Shown here: in pieces, positions 22,627-39,029 of the stretch
Layout of the letters: every line of letters starts with the position of its first letter
How positions within the stretch are numbered: the stretch's first letter is position 1
NCBI RefSeq assembly: GCF_003334305.1
Contig: NZ_QOWS01000009.1
Reading direction: 5' to 3' (one strand)
From: Escherichia coli
GTDB lineage: Bacteria; Pseudomonadota; Gammaproteobacteria; Enterobacterales; Enterobacteriaceae
Length of the DNA stretch: 64,000 nucleotides
Program-made: the position numbers and the translations under genes
Notes under the pieces: generated by a model
What the model saw: the letters and a program-made list of their open reading frames with translations, nothing else
Databases searched by the model: none
What the model was told of the DNA's origin: nothing

Positions 22627-22770
22627 GCTTAATGGTCCATTATGAATATAAGAGTAATCATTTACTGGAATGATGGACAGACTAAAGCGGCTAAAAGTTC
22701 GATTCAGACAAGCTTATTACAACTTTTTTACATTTTATTGTGAAATTGGGTCGCGTTTCATACGATTCGG

Positions 22771-23730
22771 TTATGCCATCGACGCGTAAAGGTTTTTAAT
22801 GGTTTCCCGTAACCAGACGATCTTCGGATTATGGCTGTTCCATTTATGCCACAGCAGGGTAAAAGGAACTTCCAGCTTTTTTTGCTGGCTTTCGTCAAAC
22901 GGGAGAGGAAGAGCAACCAACGGCAGTTGATGGAGTTGATTGTAGTACTGACAGTAGCGCGGCGCGGTCGCCAGTAGCAGATTGTCGGGTTGCGCTGCCA
23001 TAAACAGTGACTGCTCAAATTCCGGCAGGCTCATAGCAATCGTGCGTTCGCGCCCCAGCTCCTGTAACACATTGTCCAGCGCCCAGGTGTCGCTCTGTTC
23101 CCAGCAAATGCTGATATGCGGATAACGTAAAAAGGTGTCCAGATTCCACGTTTCATGCAGTGCCGGATGATCTTTGCGTAACCAGACGCAGGGTACATCA
23201 CTAAACAGCACTTCATAATCAATGGCTAACGGTAGCGAGCTTAACAGCTCCCGCGAGCGAGGATGGCTTTCGCGACCGGAAAAACCAATATCCACTTCAC
23301 CACGAGTAATGGCATCTAAGGAATCGTAATCCCAGTTACGTAGTTTGATGGTCGCCTGCGGGTAACGTTGGTAGATCCGTTTCGACAGCGCATTAAGCAT
23401 GATCATCATCAGCGGCGATTCCGCCGCCAACTCAAACTTCAGGCCGCGCGGTGTCTGGTGGTGCGGTTTATCCAGCAGCAGATTGCTCATTTGCATCCAT
23501 TCCGCCAGATTTTGCTCCATGCTGACCATTAGCGGTGTGGGCGACAGCCCCAGCGGTGAGTTCACAAAGAGCGGGTCGTCAAACCACGCTCTTAACTTTG
23601 CCAGCGACTTACTCACCGCTGAAGGGGTCACGTTCATCCGCTTCGCCGCTTTGGTCACGCTGCGCTCCTGCATCAGCAGTTGCAGACAGAGCAGCAGATT
23701 GAGATCAAGCGTGGTGATGGATTTCTTCAT
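22771..23730 (-). CDS. yidZ: LysR-family transcriptional regulator
   Basis: Start set at [40 protein letters not shown] (LysR HTH); 319 aa; divergent-overlap arrangement with mdtL. Confidence 0.85.
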   Translation of the reverse strand: MKKSITTLDLNLLLCLQLLMQERSVTKAAKRMNVTPSAVSKSLAKLRAWFDDPLFVNSPLGLSPTPLMVSMEQNLAEWMQMSNLLLDKPHHQTPRGLKFELAAESPLMMIMLNALSKRIYQRYPQATIKLRNWDYDSLDAITRGEVDIGFSGRESHPRSRELLSSLPLAIDYEVLFSDVPCVWLRKDHPALHETWNLDTFLRYPHISICWEQSDTWALDNVLQELGRERTIAMSLPEFEQSLFMAAQPDNLLLATAPRYCQYYNQLHQLPLVALPLPFDESQQKKLEVPFTLLWHKWNSHNPKIVWLRETIKNLYASMA

Positions 23731-24880
23731 GAGCGGCAACGGGGCGTCCAGGCGCGACGAACATAATCAGTAACAGGCTCACTATGCTACAGGCAATCAG
23801 AATCCCGATCAGCATATTCCATGCGCCGATACCAACCACCGCTGCCAGCCAAATCCACAGTGACGAACCGCAAACCTGCGCAATACCTAAGGTCGAGCTG
23901 GCTACGCCCGCGCGTAATGAAAATGGTCCTAACGCCTGACTCATCGCTACGCCAAAACCTACCGAGAAACCGGCGCAAATCAGCGTGATACCAAACAGAG
24001 AAACCGCATGGGAAGGTGAAACGGCAAGGGTGATCCCCGCCGCAAGGAATAACACCTGCGAGGTGATCATCAACGTACGTGGCTTAAAAATTCCCAGCGC
24101 AAATGGCGTGGAGAATGAAACGGTCATGCTGACGCCAGCGGTCAACGCCATAATGGTGGCGTATTCTCCGCGCTCAAAACCCATGATTTCCATCAGCAAT
24201 ACCGGCGATGTATTGACGAAAGTGAGGATCACCGAAACGCTGAGGGTGGTGATAACAACACGGCTGAGGAAAAACCGATTAAGCAGCGACTCGCTATTTT
24301 CTCGTGGTTTGTCCGAAGCAGCGGGGGACGCTGGGCGCGTTTCTTTTAAAATAAACAAAGATAACATCAGTACCGCGATGCCCATCATTGCCATCGTCCA
24401 GAACAGACTCTGCCAAGGGAATTTAAGCATAATCAGGTGTCCGAGCACCGGCGCTAACACCGGAATGATGCAGGTAATACCGTTGAGTAACGACAGCACT
24501 TTAGCCCGACGTCGATCATCCAGCGTGTCGCGCAAAATGGCGAACGCCACCACGTAACAACAGCCTGCGCCCAACCCCTGTAGAAAGCGCCCTGCAAGAA
24601 ATAACGTGCTGGTTTCAGCCAGTGAACAGAACACCGAAGCGATAATAAATAGCGCCGCGCCGGGGATGGCGACAGGCTTTCTCCCTGAACGATCGGCCAC
24701 TTTACCGGCAAATAACATCGCAGCTGCCATGCCCGCCAGATAAACGGAGAACGCAATATGCAACTGCGCTTCGCTGGCATTGAGATCGGCGGCGATGCGC
24801 GGTAAACCAACGAGGTACATATCAATCCCGGCGGGATAAAGTAAAACCAGGGCAAAACTACAAATTAAAAAGCGGGACAT
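23705..24880 (-). CDS. mdtL: MFS multidrug efflux transporter
   Basis: 391-aa 12-TM-like protein with MFS motif [11 protein letters not shown]. Confidence 0.85.
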   Translation of the reverse strand: MSRFLICSFALVLLYPAGIDMYLVGLPRIAADLNASEAQLHIAFSVYLAGMAAAMLFAGKVADRSGRKPVAIPGAALFIIASVFCSLAETSTLFLAGRFLQGLGAGCCYVVAFAILRDTLDDRRRAKVLSLLNGITCIIPVLAPVLGHLIMLKFPWQSLFWTMAMMGIAVLMLSLFILKETRPASPAASDKPRENSESLLNRFFLSRVVITTLSVSVILTFVNTSPVLLMEIMGFERGEYATIMALTAGVSMTVSFSTPFALGIFKPRTLMITSQVLFLAAGITLAVSPSHAVSLFGITLICAGFSVGFGVAMSQALGPFSLRAGVASSTLGIAQVCGSSLWIWLAAVVGIGAWNMLIGILIACSIVSLLLIMFVAPGRPVAAHEEIHHHA

Positions 24881-25011
24881 GGGCTAAAGCGTCCTGATAG
24901 TAAGGTGACGCAAAGCATACGTGGTGAAGGAGAATCAGGCGAGTTGCCATTTGGACATAAGTGATTTCCTGAGAGGCAAGAAGCCAGCGAATGGCTGGCT
25001 TCTTGAAGGAT

Positions 25012-26259
25012 TTAGCCAAATTTAGGTAACACGTTAAAGACGTTGCCGAACCAGCACAAAATCACGGTTATACCAAAGAGAATGACAATCGCCGGAATAA
25101 GATTGCCGCCCCAGACCGTGAACATCTGATTGGGAAACTTCTTGCGAGCTTTGATTGCAAGCACTGCGGGAATAATGACCGCCCAGATGGTGGCGCACAG
25201 CCCGGCACCGCCGATCCCGTAAATAAAGCCGTTCGGGAAGATCAGATACAACAACGCAGGTGGCAGGAAGGTTAACAGCACGGTTTTGAAACGCCCGCCG
25301 TGGGAGTTATCAATCTTAAACAGGTCCGCCAGATAATCGAACAACCCCAGCGTGACACCAAAGAACGAACTGGCAACAGCTAAGTTAGAGAACACCAGCA
25401 GGCAAAACTCGATAATGCCGTGCTGTTTGGTGCCGAGGAACGATTTCACCAGCGAATCAACGTTGCCGCCTGAGGAGATTATCGCCTTAAAGCTTTCGCG
25501 CGGAATATTCCCCATCGTGCAATAGAGCCAGAAGAGATAAATCACCAGCGCCAGCAGCGAACCAAATACCACGCTTTTGATTAACTTATCTTTGCGTTTT
25601 CCATAGCAAATAATCAGGCTGGGAATATTGCCGTGGAAACCAAATGACGCCAGACACACCGGCAAAGCCATAAAGATATACGGGAAGTAAGACGTTCCCG
25701 CAGTGGTGCTGGTGGCATCGCGCAGGATGGAGTAATCGACCTGGAAGAAGAAAGAACCAAACACGATCACAAAGGAGATAATCTTCAGCCCGAGGAACAA
25801 TGAGGTAATGCGACTGGCGGCTAACGAACTTATCCACAATACGCTGGCAACGAAAATGGCTGTGCAGATCCCGACAATACGTGGATTAGCGTGATAGCCC
25901 AAATTCATTGATATCGTTTCACTAATGATCGCACCATTAGCAGAGATATAGGCATAAGTGAGGATATAGAGAACGAAGGCAACGGTAATACCGCTGATAA
26001 TGTTCCAGGTGTTACCGATTAAATCTTTGGTGATGGTGTTAAAACTGGAGCCGACAGGATAATTTAAATTTGCTTCTAATAACAATAACCCGGAATGAAG
26101 CATTGAAAACCAGGCAATGATAAGGATAAAGGCACCCCAGAAAAACCAGGCACCGGCAAGATCAACAGGTAAAGCAAACATACCTCCACCAATTACTGTA
26201 CCTGCTATAACCATAACACCCCAAAATGCAGAGTGCTTTTTTTCAGCTTGATCAGTCAT
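25012..26259 (-). CDS. tnaB: Low-affinity tryptophan permease
   Basis: 415-aa aromatic amino acid permease-like membrane protein directly downstream of tnaA. Confidence 0.9.
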   Translation of the reverse strand: MTDQAEKKHSAFWGVMVIAGTVIGGGMFALPVDLAGAWFFWGAFILIIAWFSMLHSGLLLLEANLNYPVGSSFNTITKDLIGNTWNIISGITVAFVLYILTYAYISANGAIISETISMNLGYHANPRIVGICTAIFVASVLWISSLAASRITSLFLGLKIISFVIVFGSFFFQVDYSILRDATSTTAGTSYFPYIFMALPVCLASFGFHGNIPSLIICYGKRKDKLIKSVVFGSLLALVIYLFWLYCTMGNIPRESFKAIISSGGNVDSLVKSFLGTKQHGIIEFCLLVFSNLAVASSFFGVTLGLFDYLADLFKIDNSHGGRFKTVLLTFLPPALLYLIFPNGFIYGIGGAGLCATIWAVIIPAVLAIKARKKFPNQMFTVWGGNLIPAIVILFGITVILCWFGNVFNVLPKFG

Positions 26260-26349
26260 GATGCCACCTTTAGAGGAAGGCTATTTTTGTTATTGAGGAT
26301 GTAGGGTAAGAGAGTGGCTAACATCCTTATAGCCACTCTGTAGTATTAA

Positions 26350-27765
26350 TTAAACTTCTTTCAGTTTTGCGGTGAAGTGACGCAATACTTTTGGTTCGTA
26401 GGTAAAGGTTAATCCTTTAATATTCGCCGCGTTCTCTTTCACATGTTTAAAGGCTTCAATAATGAAGTCCATATGTGTTTGAGTATATGTTGCGCGCGGA
26501 ATGGTTAAACGCAGCAGTTCAGCCGGGCATGGCAGTTGTTTACCGGTTTTCGGATCGCGGCCTAACAGGAAAGAGCCAATTTCTACCGCACGGATACCGG
26601 CGACTTTATACAGCTCGCACGCCAGCGCCTGTGCCGGGAACTGGTCTGCCGGGATATGCGGCAGCAGTTTACCGGCATCAACGAATGCCGCGTGACCGCC
26701 CGCCTGCTGGCAGACAACGCCAATCTCTTCCAGACCATCGACCAGATACTGTACCTGCGCGATACGATAAGCCAGCCAGTCGAGATTCATGCCGTCATAC
26801 AGACCTACCGCCAGACGCTCCATCGCGCCGCCTTCCAGGCCGCCATATGTCGGGAACCCTTCCTGCACCACGCAAAGGGTTCTGCACTCGGTGTACACAT
26901 CAAAGAAGCTGTCGTCTTTCATGCACAGCAAGCCGCCCATCGGTACCATCGCATCTTTCTTGGCGGACATCGCCAGCATATCGGCATATTTGTAGGTTTC
27001 GCGGGTGATCTGCTCGATGGTCCAGTCTTTGTATTCTGCTTCACGCTGCTTGATGAAATAGGCGTTTTCAGCAAAGCGTGCGGAGTCCATTACCACCGGA
27101 ATATCGTATTTCTTCGCGATGCTGTACATCGCTTTTAAGTTTGCCAGTGAAACCGGCTGACCACCTGCAGAGTTACTGGTGATGGTTGCAACGATATACG
27201 GCACGTTATTCGGGCCAACTTCTTCAATACCGCGTTCTAATCCCTCAAGGTCAAAGTTACCTTTAAAGTCGTAACGCACGCCAGTATCGAAGGCTTCTTT
27301 GATATAGACGTTACGCACGGTACAGCCGTTAATCTGGCTATGGCCCTGCGTGGTATCAAAGAAATAGTTAGAGAATGCCACCATTTTGCTGCGATCCAGG
27401 CCTTTTTCCTGCTCGCGTTTTTTAATCAGTACCGGAATATAAATTTGCTCTGCGCCACGGCCCTGGTGAGTCGGAATGGTGTATTGATAACCAAAGATAT
27501 TTTTCACTGACTCGGCTAACGCATAGTAGCTGCGGCTGCCGCTGTAGGCTTCGTCGCCGCGCATCATCGCGGCCTGCATACTCTGCGTCACCGCCCCGGT
27601 GCCGCTGTCGGTCAGTAAATCGATAAACACATCTTCGCTATCCAGCAGGAATGGGTTCATACCGGATTTAATAATTGCCTCTTCACGATAAGCGCGAGTG
27701 GTACGTTTTACTGGCTCAATAACACGAATGCGGAACGGCTCAGGGAGATGTTTAAAGTTTTCCAT
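26350..27765 (-). CDS. tnaA: Tryptophanase
   Basis: Start set at [31 protein letters not shown] (remembered TnaA N-terminus); 471 aa; PLP-lysine region [12 protein letters not shown]. Confidence 0.97.
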
Positions 27766-27985
27766 TACATAATCCTTCATTTATTTTAATTACAGTGATC
27801 CCTGTGAATATTACATCTGCAATATCCATTAATTCGCCATGTATATATACAAGCACCATCATTTACTAAAATAAGTAAATAAACGAGAGATGGCCTTTGC
27901 AAAAGGCAAAATTAAGATATAGCAAACTAATCGTTCACATTGAATCTAATCGGTTTGGCTCTGGTGATGGCTACAGAAGGGTAAA
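27766..27985 (-). promoter_or_regulatory. tnaC-tnaA spacer (site of Rho-dependent attenuation)
   Basis: About 220-nt untranslated spacer between the leader peptide stop and tnaA; role follows from the known tna mechanism, no specific motif verified. Confidence 0.55.
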
Positions 27986-28060
27986 TTAAGGGCGGTGATC
28001 GACAATCTTATTATCGATATTGAACCATTTTGAGGTCACACATATATGTAAGATATTCAT
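27986..28060 (-). CDS. tnaC: tna operon leader peptide
   Basis: Reverse-strand translation gives MNILHICVTSKWFNIDNKIVDHRP plus stop (24 codons), matching the TnaC peptide including Trp12 and the terminal Pro. Confidence 0.93.
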   Translation of the reverse strand: MNILHICVTSKWFNIDNKIVDHRP

Positions 28061-28302
28061 AATGCACTTATCCTCGAAAGACACGAGGCTACAGTATAAT
28101 ACTCAAGAATTTTGTCTATTCTAAAATTGTTTAAATGTGAATCGAATCACAATCGTTCGGGGAGCAATATTAAATGCTTTTTTTTAAGATTATAAATTAC
28201 GTAAGAATTTTAATGTTTAAAAAAAGGGTTGAGGAATAACAGGAGTGCTAACAATGAAGCGAAGCCGCATCTGACAGTCAGAATACGGCTTCGTAAGCGC
28301 GG

Positions 28303-29667
28303 TTACTTACCAATACAGAAGCTGGAGAAAATCCGCCCCAGCAGGTCGTCTGAAGTAAATTCCCCGGTGATTTCGCTTAAGTTCTGCTGTGCCAGACGCA
28401 ACTCTTCCGCCAGCAGTTCACCTGCCCAGGCACCTAACAGTTGCGCTTTACCTTGCTGCAAATGCTCTGCCGCCTGTTCCAGCGCCTGTAGGTGGCGACG
28501 GCGCGCCAGGAAGCCGCCTTCCATGTTGGTGTCAAAGCCCATGCTCTGTTTGAGATGGTTACGCAGCACATCCACACCTTCACCAGTCCTTGCCGAGAGA
28601 CGAATTAACGCGTGACCGTTCACTTCACTCATTCCCAGCGTTTCGCCGGTGATATCGGCTTTATTGCGCACCACGGTGATCGGCAGTTTCGCTGGCAGAC
28701 GGGCGATAAATTCCGGCCAGATCTCTGCCGGATCAACGGCGTCTGTCGTGGTGCCATCGACCATAAACAGCACGCGGTCGGCCTGTTCAATTTCCTGCCA
28801 CGCGCGCTCGATACCAATACGTTCCACTTCGTCACTGGCTTCACGTAGCCCAGCGGTATCGATGATATGCAGCGGCATTCCGTCAATGTGGATATGCTCA
28901 CGCAGCACGTCACGTGTGGTTCCGGCGATATCAGTTACGATTGCTGCTTCACGGCCCGCCAGCGCGTTTAACAGGCTCGATTTACCGGCGTTAGGACGTC
29001 CGGCAATCACCACCTTCATCCCTTCGCGCAACAAACTACCCTGACGTGCTTCAGCACGCACTGCATCGAGATCGGCAATCACGTCATTAAGCTGGGCTTC
29101 AATTTTGCCGTCGGAGAGGAAATCGATCTCTTCATCAGGGAAATCAATTGCCGCTTCGACGTAAATGCGCAAGTGGGTGAGGGCTTCCACCAGATGGTTG
29201 ACCCGTGCGGAGAATGCGCCTTGCAGCGAGTTAAGTGCCGAACGGGCCGCCTGTTCCGAACTGGCGTCGATAAGATCGGCAATCGCCTCGGCCTGGGCTA
29301 AGTCGAGTTTATCGTTAAGAAACGCGCGTTCGGAAAACTCACCAGGGCGAGCAATCCGCAGGCCGGGAATGGTCAGAATGCGTTTTAACAGCAGGTCGAG
29401 GATCACCGGACCGCCATGACCTTGCAGTTCCAGCACATCTTCGCCGGTGAACGAGTTCGGGCCAGGGAACCATAGCGCAATCCCCTGATCGAGCACGCTG
29501 CCGTCGGCGTCTTTAAACGGAAGATAATCGGCGTAGCGCGGCTTAGGTAGTTTACCCAGCACGGTTTCGGCAACTTCACGGGCTTTGAAGCCGGAGATGC
29601 GCAGGATGCCAACGCCGCCACGTCCCGGAGGCGTGGCCTGGGCTACGATAGTGTCATTATCGCTCAT
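28303..29667 (-). CDS. mnmE: tRNA modification GTPase
   Basis: 454 aa; N-terminus [27 protein letters not shown]-domain [13 protein letters not shown]-terminal CIGK. Confidence 0.95.
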
Positions 29668-29772
29668 GATGTTCCTGTTGCTTTGTGTGGCGGATGCGCG
29701 GTGCTTATCCGCCCTACGAAAAGAAAAAAGGCGGTCAACTGACCGCCCTTATTTTAGCGAAAACTCACCGAA

Positions 29773-31419
29773 TCAGGATTTTTTCTTCTCGCGGCTATGC
29801 AGGCCACGTTTTTCCAGACCACGGTAAATCAGCTGCTGCTGAATAATGGTTACCAGGTTGCTGACGATATAGTACAGCACCAGACCTGACGGGAACCACA
29901 GGAAGAACACGGTGAAGATGACCGGCATAAAGGTCATGATCTTCTGCTGCATCGGGTCGGTCACTGTGGTCGGCGACATCTTCTGAATGAAGAACATCGT
30001 TACGCCCATCAGGATCGGCAGGATGTAGTACGGGTCCTGTGCCGACAGGTCGTGGATCCACAGTGCAAACGGTGCCTGACGCAGTTCAACGGAACCCATC
30101 AGCATGTAGTACAACGCCAGGAAGATTGGCATCTGGATCAGCAGCGGGAAGCAGCCGCCCAGCGGGTTAACCTTCTCAGCTTTGTACAGCGCCATCATTT
30201 CCTGGCTGATACGCTGTTTGTCATCGCCCAGACGCTCACGCATTGCCTGAATCTTCGGCTGCAGCATACGCATCTTCGCCATGGAGGTGTACTGCGCTTT
30301 GGTCAGCGGGTACATGATGCCACGAACGATAAAGGTGATGATGATAATGGAGAAGCCCCAGTTACCCACAAAGCTATGGATCCATTTCAGCAGTTTGAAC
30401 AGCGGCTGAGAGATGAACCACAACCAACCGTAATCAACGGTCAGATCCAGGTGCGGAGCAACAACTGCCATTTTGTCCTGGATTTCCGGGCCAACCCACA
30501 GGGTGCTGTTCATCGCGCCAGTCTGACCAGGCTGAACCAGTACCGGCTGAGATTTATAGCCGATAGCGGCGATGCCGTTACCCAGATTAGCGGTATAGAA
30601 GTTGTTGGTACCGTCGTTATGCGGGATCCACGCCGTCGCGAAATACTGTTGCAGCATTGCCACCCAACCACCTTTCGAAGAGATGTTCAGGTTTTCGTTA
30701 TCGGCAATGGTATCGAACTTGTATTTCTCGTACTTCTCGTCAGGCGTGGAGTACGCCGCGCCGCGGAAGGTGTGCAGTGCGAAGTTGCTGCTTCCGGTAT
30801 CGAGATGCGGTGGCAGAGTGATGGATTGCTTCAACTGACCAAAGGTGGAGATTTCCAGCGGTTTCTCGCCAGCGTTCTGCACGTTGTAGTTGACGTTGAC
30901 AGCGTAATCACCACGTTTCAGGACAAACGTTTTGGTAAACGTGTTGCCTGCCGCGTCGGTATACGTCATCGGCACCTGCAGTTCGTTTTGACCTTCAGCC
31001 AGCACATAAGCGTCTTTTTCAACGTTATACAGCGGACGCGGGCCGTTAGCCGGGTTATCCGGGCCATCACGACCGGTCAGACCGCTCTGTGCCTGATAAA
31101 TAAACTGCGGTGAAGTTTCCAGCAGCTGGAACGGCTGGGTAGAGTTCAGCTCTTTCGGGTAAGCAGGCAGCAGAGCTTGCTCAACATCACCACCACGGGT
31201 GTTGATGGTCAGATCAAGCACGTCGGTCTTAACCGAGATCAGTTTCCCCTGGCCACTGGCCGGTACGCCCTGGTCGGCGGCGCTACCCGCTGCGGTGGTC
31301 GTTGTCTGCGTGGTCTGTTGGGCCTGAGGTTGCGGGTTTTTATCCTGCTCCCAGGCTTGCCAGATCATGAAAGACACGAACAGCAAAGCGATGACTAAAA
31401 GATTGCGTTGCGAATCCAT
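29773..31419 (-). CDS. yidC: Membrane protein insertase
   Basis: 548 aa; N-terminus [27 protein letters not shown] matches remembered YidC. Confidence 0.95.
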   Translation of the reverse strand: MDSQRNLLVIALLFVSFMIWQAWEQDKNPQPQAQQTTQTTTTAAGSAADQGVPASGQGKLISVKTDVLDLTINTRGGDVEQALLPAYPKELNSTQPFQLLETSPQFIYQAQSGLTGRDGPDNPANGPRPLYNVEKDAYVLAEGQNELQVPMTYTDAAGNTFTKTFVLKRGDYAVNVNYNVQNAGEKPLEISTFGQLKQSITLPPHLDTGSSNFALHTFRGAAYSTPDEKYEKYKFDTIADNENLNISSKGGWVAMLQQYFATAWIPHNDGTNNFYTANLGNGIAAIGYKSQPVLVQPGQTGAMNSTLWVGPEIQDKMAVVAPHLDLTVDYGWLWFISQPLFKLLKWIHSFVGNWGFSIIIITFIVRGIMYPLTKAQYTSMAKMRMLQPKIQAMRERLGDDKQRISQEMMALYKAEKVNPLGGCFPLLIQMPIFLALYYMLMGSVELRQAPFALWIHDLSAQDPYYILPILMGVTMFFIQKMSPTTVTDPMQQKIMTFMPVIFTVFFLWFPSGLVLYYIVSNLVTIIQQQLIYRGLEKRGLHSREKKKS

Positions 31420-31421
31420 CG

Positions 31422-31679
31422 TTAGTGTTCTCTGGTATCAAATGGTCCGGGCGGGACGGGATCGTCACCACCAGGGTGTAAAGGGTGGCATTTTAATACG
31501 CGTTTCACCGTCAACCAACTGCCTTTTATCACTCCAAACCTGCGCAATGCCTCAATTCCGTAGCTTGAACAGGTTGGAGTGAAACGACAATGCGGCCCGA
31601 GTAGCGGACTAATCAGGCGTTGATAGACCCGAATGAGGGCTATCAGGACCCGCGAGCCAGGCGACAGTGGCGGCGCCAT
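31422..31679 (-). CDS. yidD: Membrane protein insertion efficiency factor
   Basis: 85 aa; [34 protein letters not shown] motif; overlaps the rnpA 3' end. Confidence 0.9.
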
Positions 31680-32002
31680 AATTTTTCCAACGCTTCCGAG
31701 AGAGCACGGTTATCGAGGTCGGCAACCCCTTTTTTCGCCACCACCACGAAATCCATAGCCGGGAGTTCATGTTGGCGCAGACGGAAGCTTTCACGCGTCA
31801 GACGTTTAATCCGATTGCGTTCATGGGCGCGTCGAACGTTTTTCTTGGCGACTGTAAGACCGATACGGGGATGCCCCAGCGAATTCAGGCGGCCGAGAAT
31901 GGTAATTTGCGGCGTGCCAGCCCGTTGTGGCTGCTGGAAGACGAATGTGAATTGACTGGGAGTTAACAAGCGTAACTCCCTGGGAAATGCGAGCTTAACC
32001 AC
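31643..32002 (-). CDS. rnpA: RNase P protein component
   Basis: 119 aa, strongly basic; [22 protein letters not shown]-terminus. Confidence 0.95.
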
Positions 32003-32018
32003 TCAGGGGTTAGCTTTA

Positions 32019-32171
<153 letters not shown>

Positions 32172-32547
32172 CTAAACTTGAATAAATTCAATGGCTTTAT
32201 TGGATATCCGCCGAAAAATGAAACGATGGACACCGAAGCCATGGGTGATTAAAGAGGCCGGATTGTAATAATTGTACACTCCGGAGTCAATTCTCTTTCC
32301 TTATTTACCGCGCTTTTCCGCACCTTTTCGCAGGGAAAATGTACGACCTCACACCAGTGAAAACCAGCATGGCGCGCCGGGTGGAGGATTATACGGGCTG
32401 ATGGGTAAAGCGCAAGGATCGTCCTGGATCTTTATTAGATCGATTAAGCCAATTTTTGTCTATGGTCATTAAATTTTCCAATATGCGGCGTAAATCGTGC
32501 CCGCCTCGCGGCAGGATCGTTTACACTTAGCGAGGTCTGGAAAGTCC

Positions 32548-32556
32548 TGTGGATAA
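32548..32556 (-). promoter_or_regulatory. DnaA box in the dnaA promoter region
   Basis: tgtggataa is the reverse complement of the TTATCCACA consensus, about 210 bp upstream of dnaA; several GATC sites lie nearby (about 32590-32650). Confidence 0.7.
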
Positions 32557-32765
32557 ATCGGGAAAATCTGTGAGAAACAGAAGATCTCTTGCGCAGTTTA
32601 GGCTATGATCCGCGGTCCCGATCGTTTTGCAGGATCTTGATCGGGCATATAACCGCAGACAGCGGTTCGTGCGTCACCCTCAAGCAGGGTCTTTTCGACG
32701 TACGTCAACAATCATGAATGTTTCAGCCTTAGTCATTATCGACTTTTGTTCGAGTGGAGTCCGCC

Positions 32766-34169
32766 GTGTCACTTTCGCTTTGGCAGCAGTGTCTTGCCCG
32801 ATTGCAGGATGAGTTACCAGCCACAGAATTCAGTATGTGGATACGCCCATTGCAGGCGGAACTGAGCGATAACACGCTGGCCCTGTACGCGCCAAACCGT
32901 TTTGTCCTCGATTGGGTACGGGACAAGTACCTTAATAATATCAATGGACTGCTAACCAGTTTCTGCGGAGCGGATGCCCCACAGCTGCGTTTTGAAGTCG
33001 GCACCAAACCGGTGACGCAAACGCCACAAGCGGCAGTGACGAGCAACGTCGCGGCCCCTGCACAGGTGGCGCAAACGCAGCCGCAACGTGCTGCGCCTTC
33101 TACGCGCTCAGGTTGGGATAACGTCCCGGCCCCGGCAGAACCGACCTATCGTTCTAACGTAAACGTCAAACACACGTTTGATAACTTCGTCGAAGGTAAA
33201 TCTAACCAACTGGCGCGCGCGGCGGCTCGCCAGGTGGCAGATAACCCTGGCGGTGCCTATAACCCGTTGTTCCTTTATGGCGGCACGGGTCTGGGTAAAA
33301 CTCACCTGCTGCATGCGGTGGGTAACGGCATTATGGCGCGCAAGCCGAATGCCAAAGTGGTTTATATGCACTCCGAGCGCTTTGTTCAGGACATGGTTAA
33401 AGCCCTGCAAAACAACGCGATCGAAGAGTTTAAACGCTACTACCGTTCCGTAGATGCACTGCTGATCGACGATATTCAGTTTTTTGCTAATAAAGAACGA
33501 TCTCAGGAAGAGTTTTTCCACACCTTCAACGCCCTGCTGGAAGGTAATCAACAGATCATTCTCACCTCGGATCGCTATCCGAAAGAGATCAACGGCGTTG
33601 AGGATCGTTTGAAATCCCGCTTCGGTTGGGGACTGACTGTGGCGATCGAACCGCCAGAGCTGGAAACCCGCGTGGCGATCCTGATGAAAAAGGCCGACGA
33701 AAACGACATTCGTTTGCCGGGCGAAGTGGCGTTCTTTATCGCCAAGCGTCTACGATCTAACGTACGTGAGCTGGAAGGGGCGCTGAACCGCGTCATTGCC
33801 AATGCCAACTTTACCGGACGGGCGATCACCATCGACTTCGTGCGTGAGGCGCTGCGCGACTTGCTGGCATTGCAGGAAAAACTGGTCACCATCGACAATA
33901 TTCAGAAGACGGTGGCGGAGTACTACAAGATCAAAGTCGCGGATCTCCTTTCCAAGCGTCGATCCCGCTCGGTGGCGCGTCCGCGCCAGATGGCGATGGC
34001 GCTGGCGAAAGAGCTGACTAACCACAGTCTGCCGGAGATTGGCGATGCGTTTGGTGGTCGTGACCACACGACGGTGCTTCATGCCTGCCGTAAGATCGAG
34101 CAGTTGCGTGAAGAGAGCCACGATATCAAAGAAGATTTTTCAAATTTAATCAGAACATTGTCATCGTAA
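32766..34169 (+). CDS. dnaA: Chromosomal replication initiator protein
   Basis: GTG start giving [33 protein letters not shown]; 467 aa; AAA+ Walker [11 protein letters not shown]. Confidence 0.97.
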
Positions 34170-34173
34170 ACCT

Positions 34174-35273
34174 ATGAAATTTACCGTAGAACGTGAGCAT
34201 TTATTAAAACCGCTACAACAGGTGAGCGGTCCGTTAGGTGGTCGTCCTACGCTACCGATTCTCGGTAATCTGCTGTTACAGGTTGCTGACGGTACGTTGT
34301 CGCTGACCGGTACTGATCTCGAGATGGAAATGGTGGCACGTGTTGCGCTGGTTCAGCCACACGAGCCAGGAGCGACGACCGTTCCGGCGCGCAAATTCTT
34401 TGATATCTGCCGTGGTCTGCCTGAAGGCGCGGAAATTGCCGTGCAGCTGGAAGGTGAACGGATGCTGGTACGCTCCGGGCGTAGCCGTTTTTCGCTGTCT
34501 ACCCTGCCAGCGGCGGATTTCCCGAACCTCGATGACTGGCAGAGTGAAGTCGAATTTACCCTGCCGCAGGCAACGATGAAGCGTCTGATTGAAGCGACCC
34601 AGTTTTCTATGGCGCATCAGGACGTTCGCTATTACTTAAACGGTATGCTGTTTGAAACCGAAGGTGAAGAACTGCGCACCGTGGCAACCGACGGCCACCG
34701 TCTGGCGGTCTGTTCAATGCCAATTGGTCAATCTTTGCCAAGCCATTCGGTGATCGTACCGCGTAAAGGCGTGATTGAACTGATGCGTATGCTCGACGGC
34801 GGCGACAATCCGCTGCGTGTGCAGATTGGCAGCAATAACATTCGTGCCCACGTTGGCGACTTTATCTTCACCTCGAAACTGGTGGATGGTCGCTTCCCGG
34901 ATTATCGCCGCGTTCTGCCGAAGAACCCGGACAAACATCTGGAAGCAGGCTGCGATCTGCTCAAGCAGGCGTTTGCTCGCGCGGCGATTCTCTCTAACGA
35001 GAAATTCCGCGGTGTGCGCCTGTATGTCAGCGAAAACCAGCTGAAAATTACTGCCAACAACCCGGAACAGGAAGAAGCGGAAGAGATCCTCGACGTTACC
35101 TATAGCGGTGCGGAGATGGAAATCGGCTTCAACGTCAGCTATGTGCTGGATGTTCTGAACGCGCTGAAATGCGAAAACGTCCGCATGATGCTGACCGATT
35201 CGGTTTCCAGTGTGCAGATTGAAGATGCCGCATCACAGTCGGCTGCCTATGTTGTCATGCCAATGAGACTGTA

Positions 35274-35274
<1 letters not shown>
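34174..35274 (+). CDS. dnaN: DNA polymerase III beta sliding clamp
   Basis: 366 aa; [37 protein letters not shown]. Confidence 0.97.
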
Positions 35275-38790
<3,516 letters not shown>

Positions 38791-38811
38791 TGGCGCTAAC
38801 CATGCGAGCGT

Positions 38812-38910
38812 GCCTGATGCGCTACGCTTATCAGGCCTACGAAAATCTTGCAATGTATTGAATTTTCATGATTTTGTAGGCCGGATAAGGCGTTCACGCC
38901 GCATCCGGCA
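38812..38910. repeat. BIME (two inverted REP elements) downstream of gyrB
   Basis: gcctgatgcgctacgcttatcaggcctac and gtaggccggataaggcgttcacgccgcatccggca in opposite orientations. Confidence 0.8.
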
Positions 38911-38922
38911 AGAAGCTATAAG

Positions 38923-38952
38923 AAAAGGGCGGAGATCATCTCCGCCCTTTTT
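38923..38952 (+). terminator. Intrinsic terminator after gyrB
   Basis: Hairpin aaagggcggagatcatctccgccctt followed by tttatttc. Confidence 0.6.
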
Positions 38953-39029
38953 ATTTCTGCAATCCGCAATTATCATCCCGCAAATCTATACTTTTTGGGT
39001 CAACACGTAACGCTTTACAGGTGATTATC

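Noticed and set aside
24977-25005. Palindrome caagaagccagcgaatggctggcttcttg downstream of tnaB, considered as an intrinsic terminator.
   Set aside because: No U-run follows the hairpin on the tnaB (minus) strand, so it is not a canonical intrinsic terminator; left unannotated.
30052-31113. 353-aa plus-strand ORF inside yidC (also 26475-27138 inside tnaA, 36316-37218 and 38113-38853 opposite gyrB, 41221-41808 opposite dgoR).
   Set aside because: Antisense shadow ORFs with no plausible start context; the opposite strand encodes highly conserved proteins.
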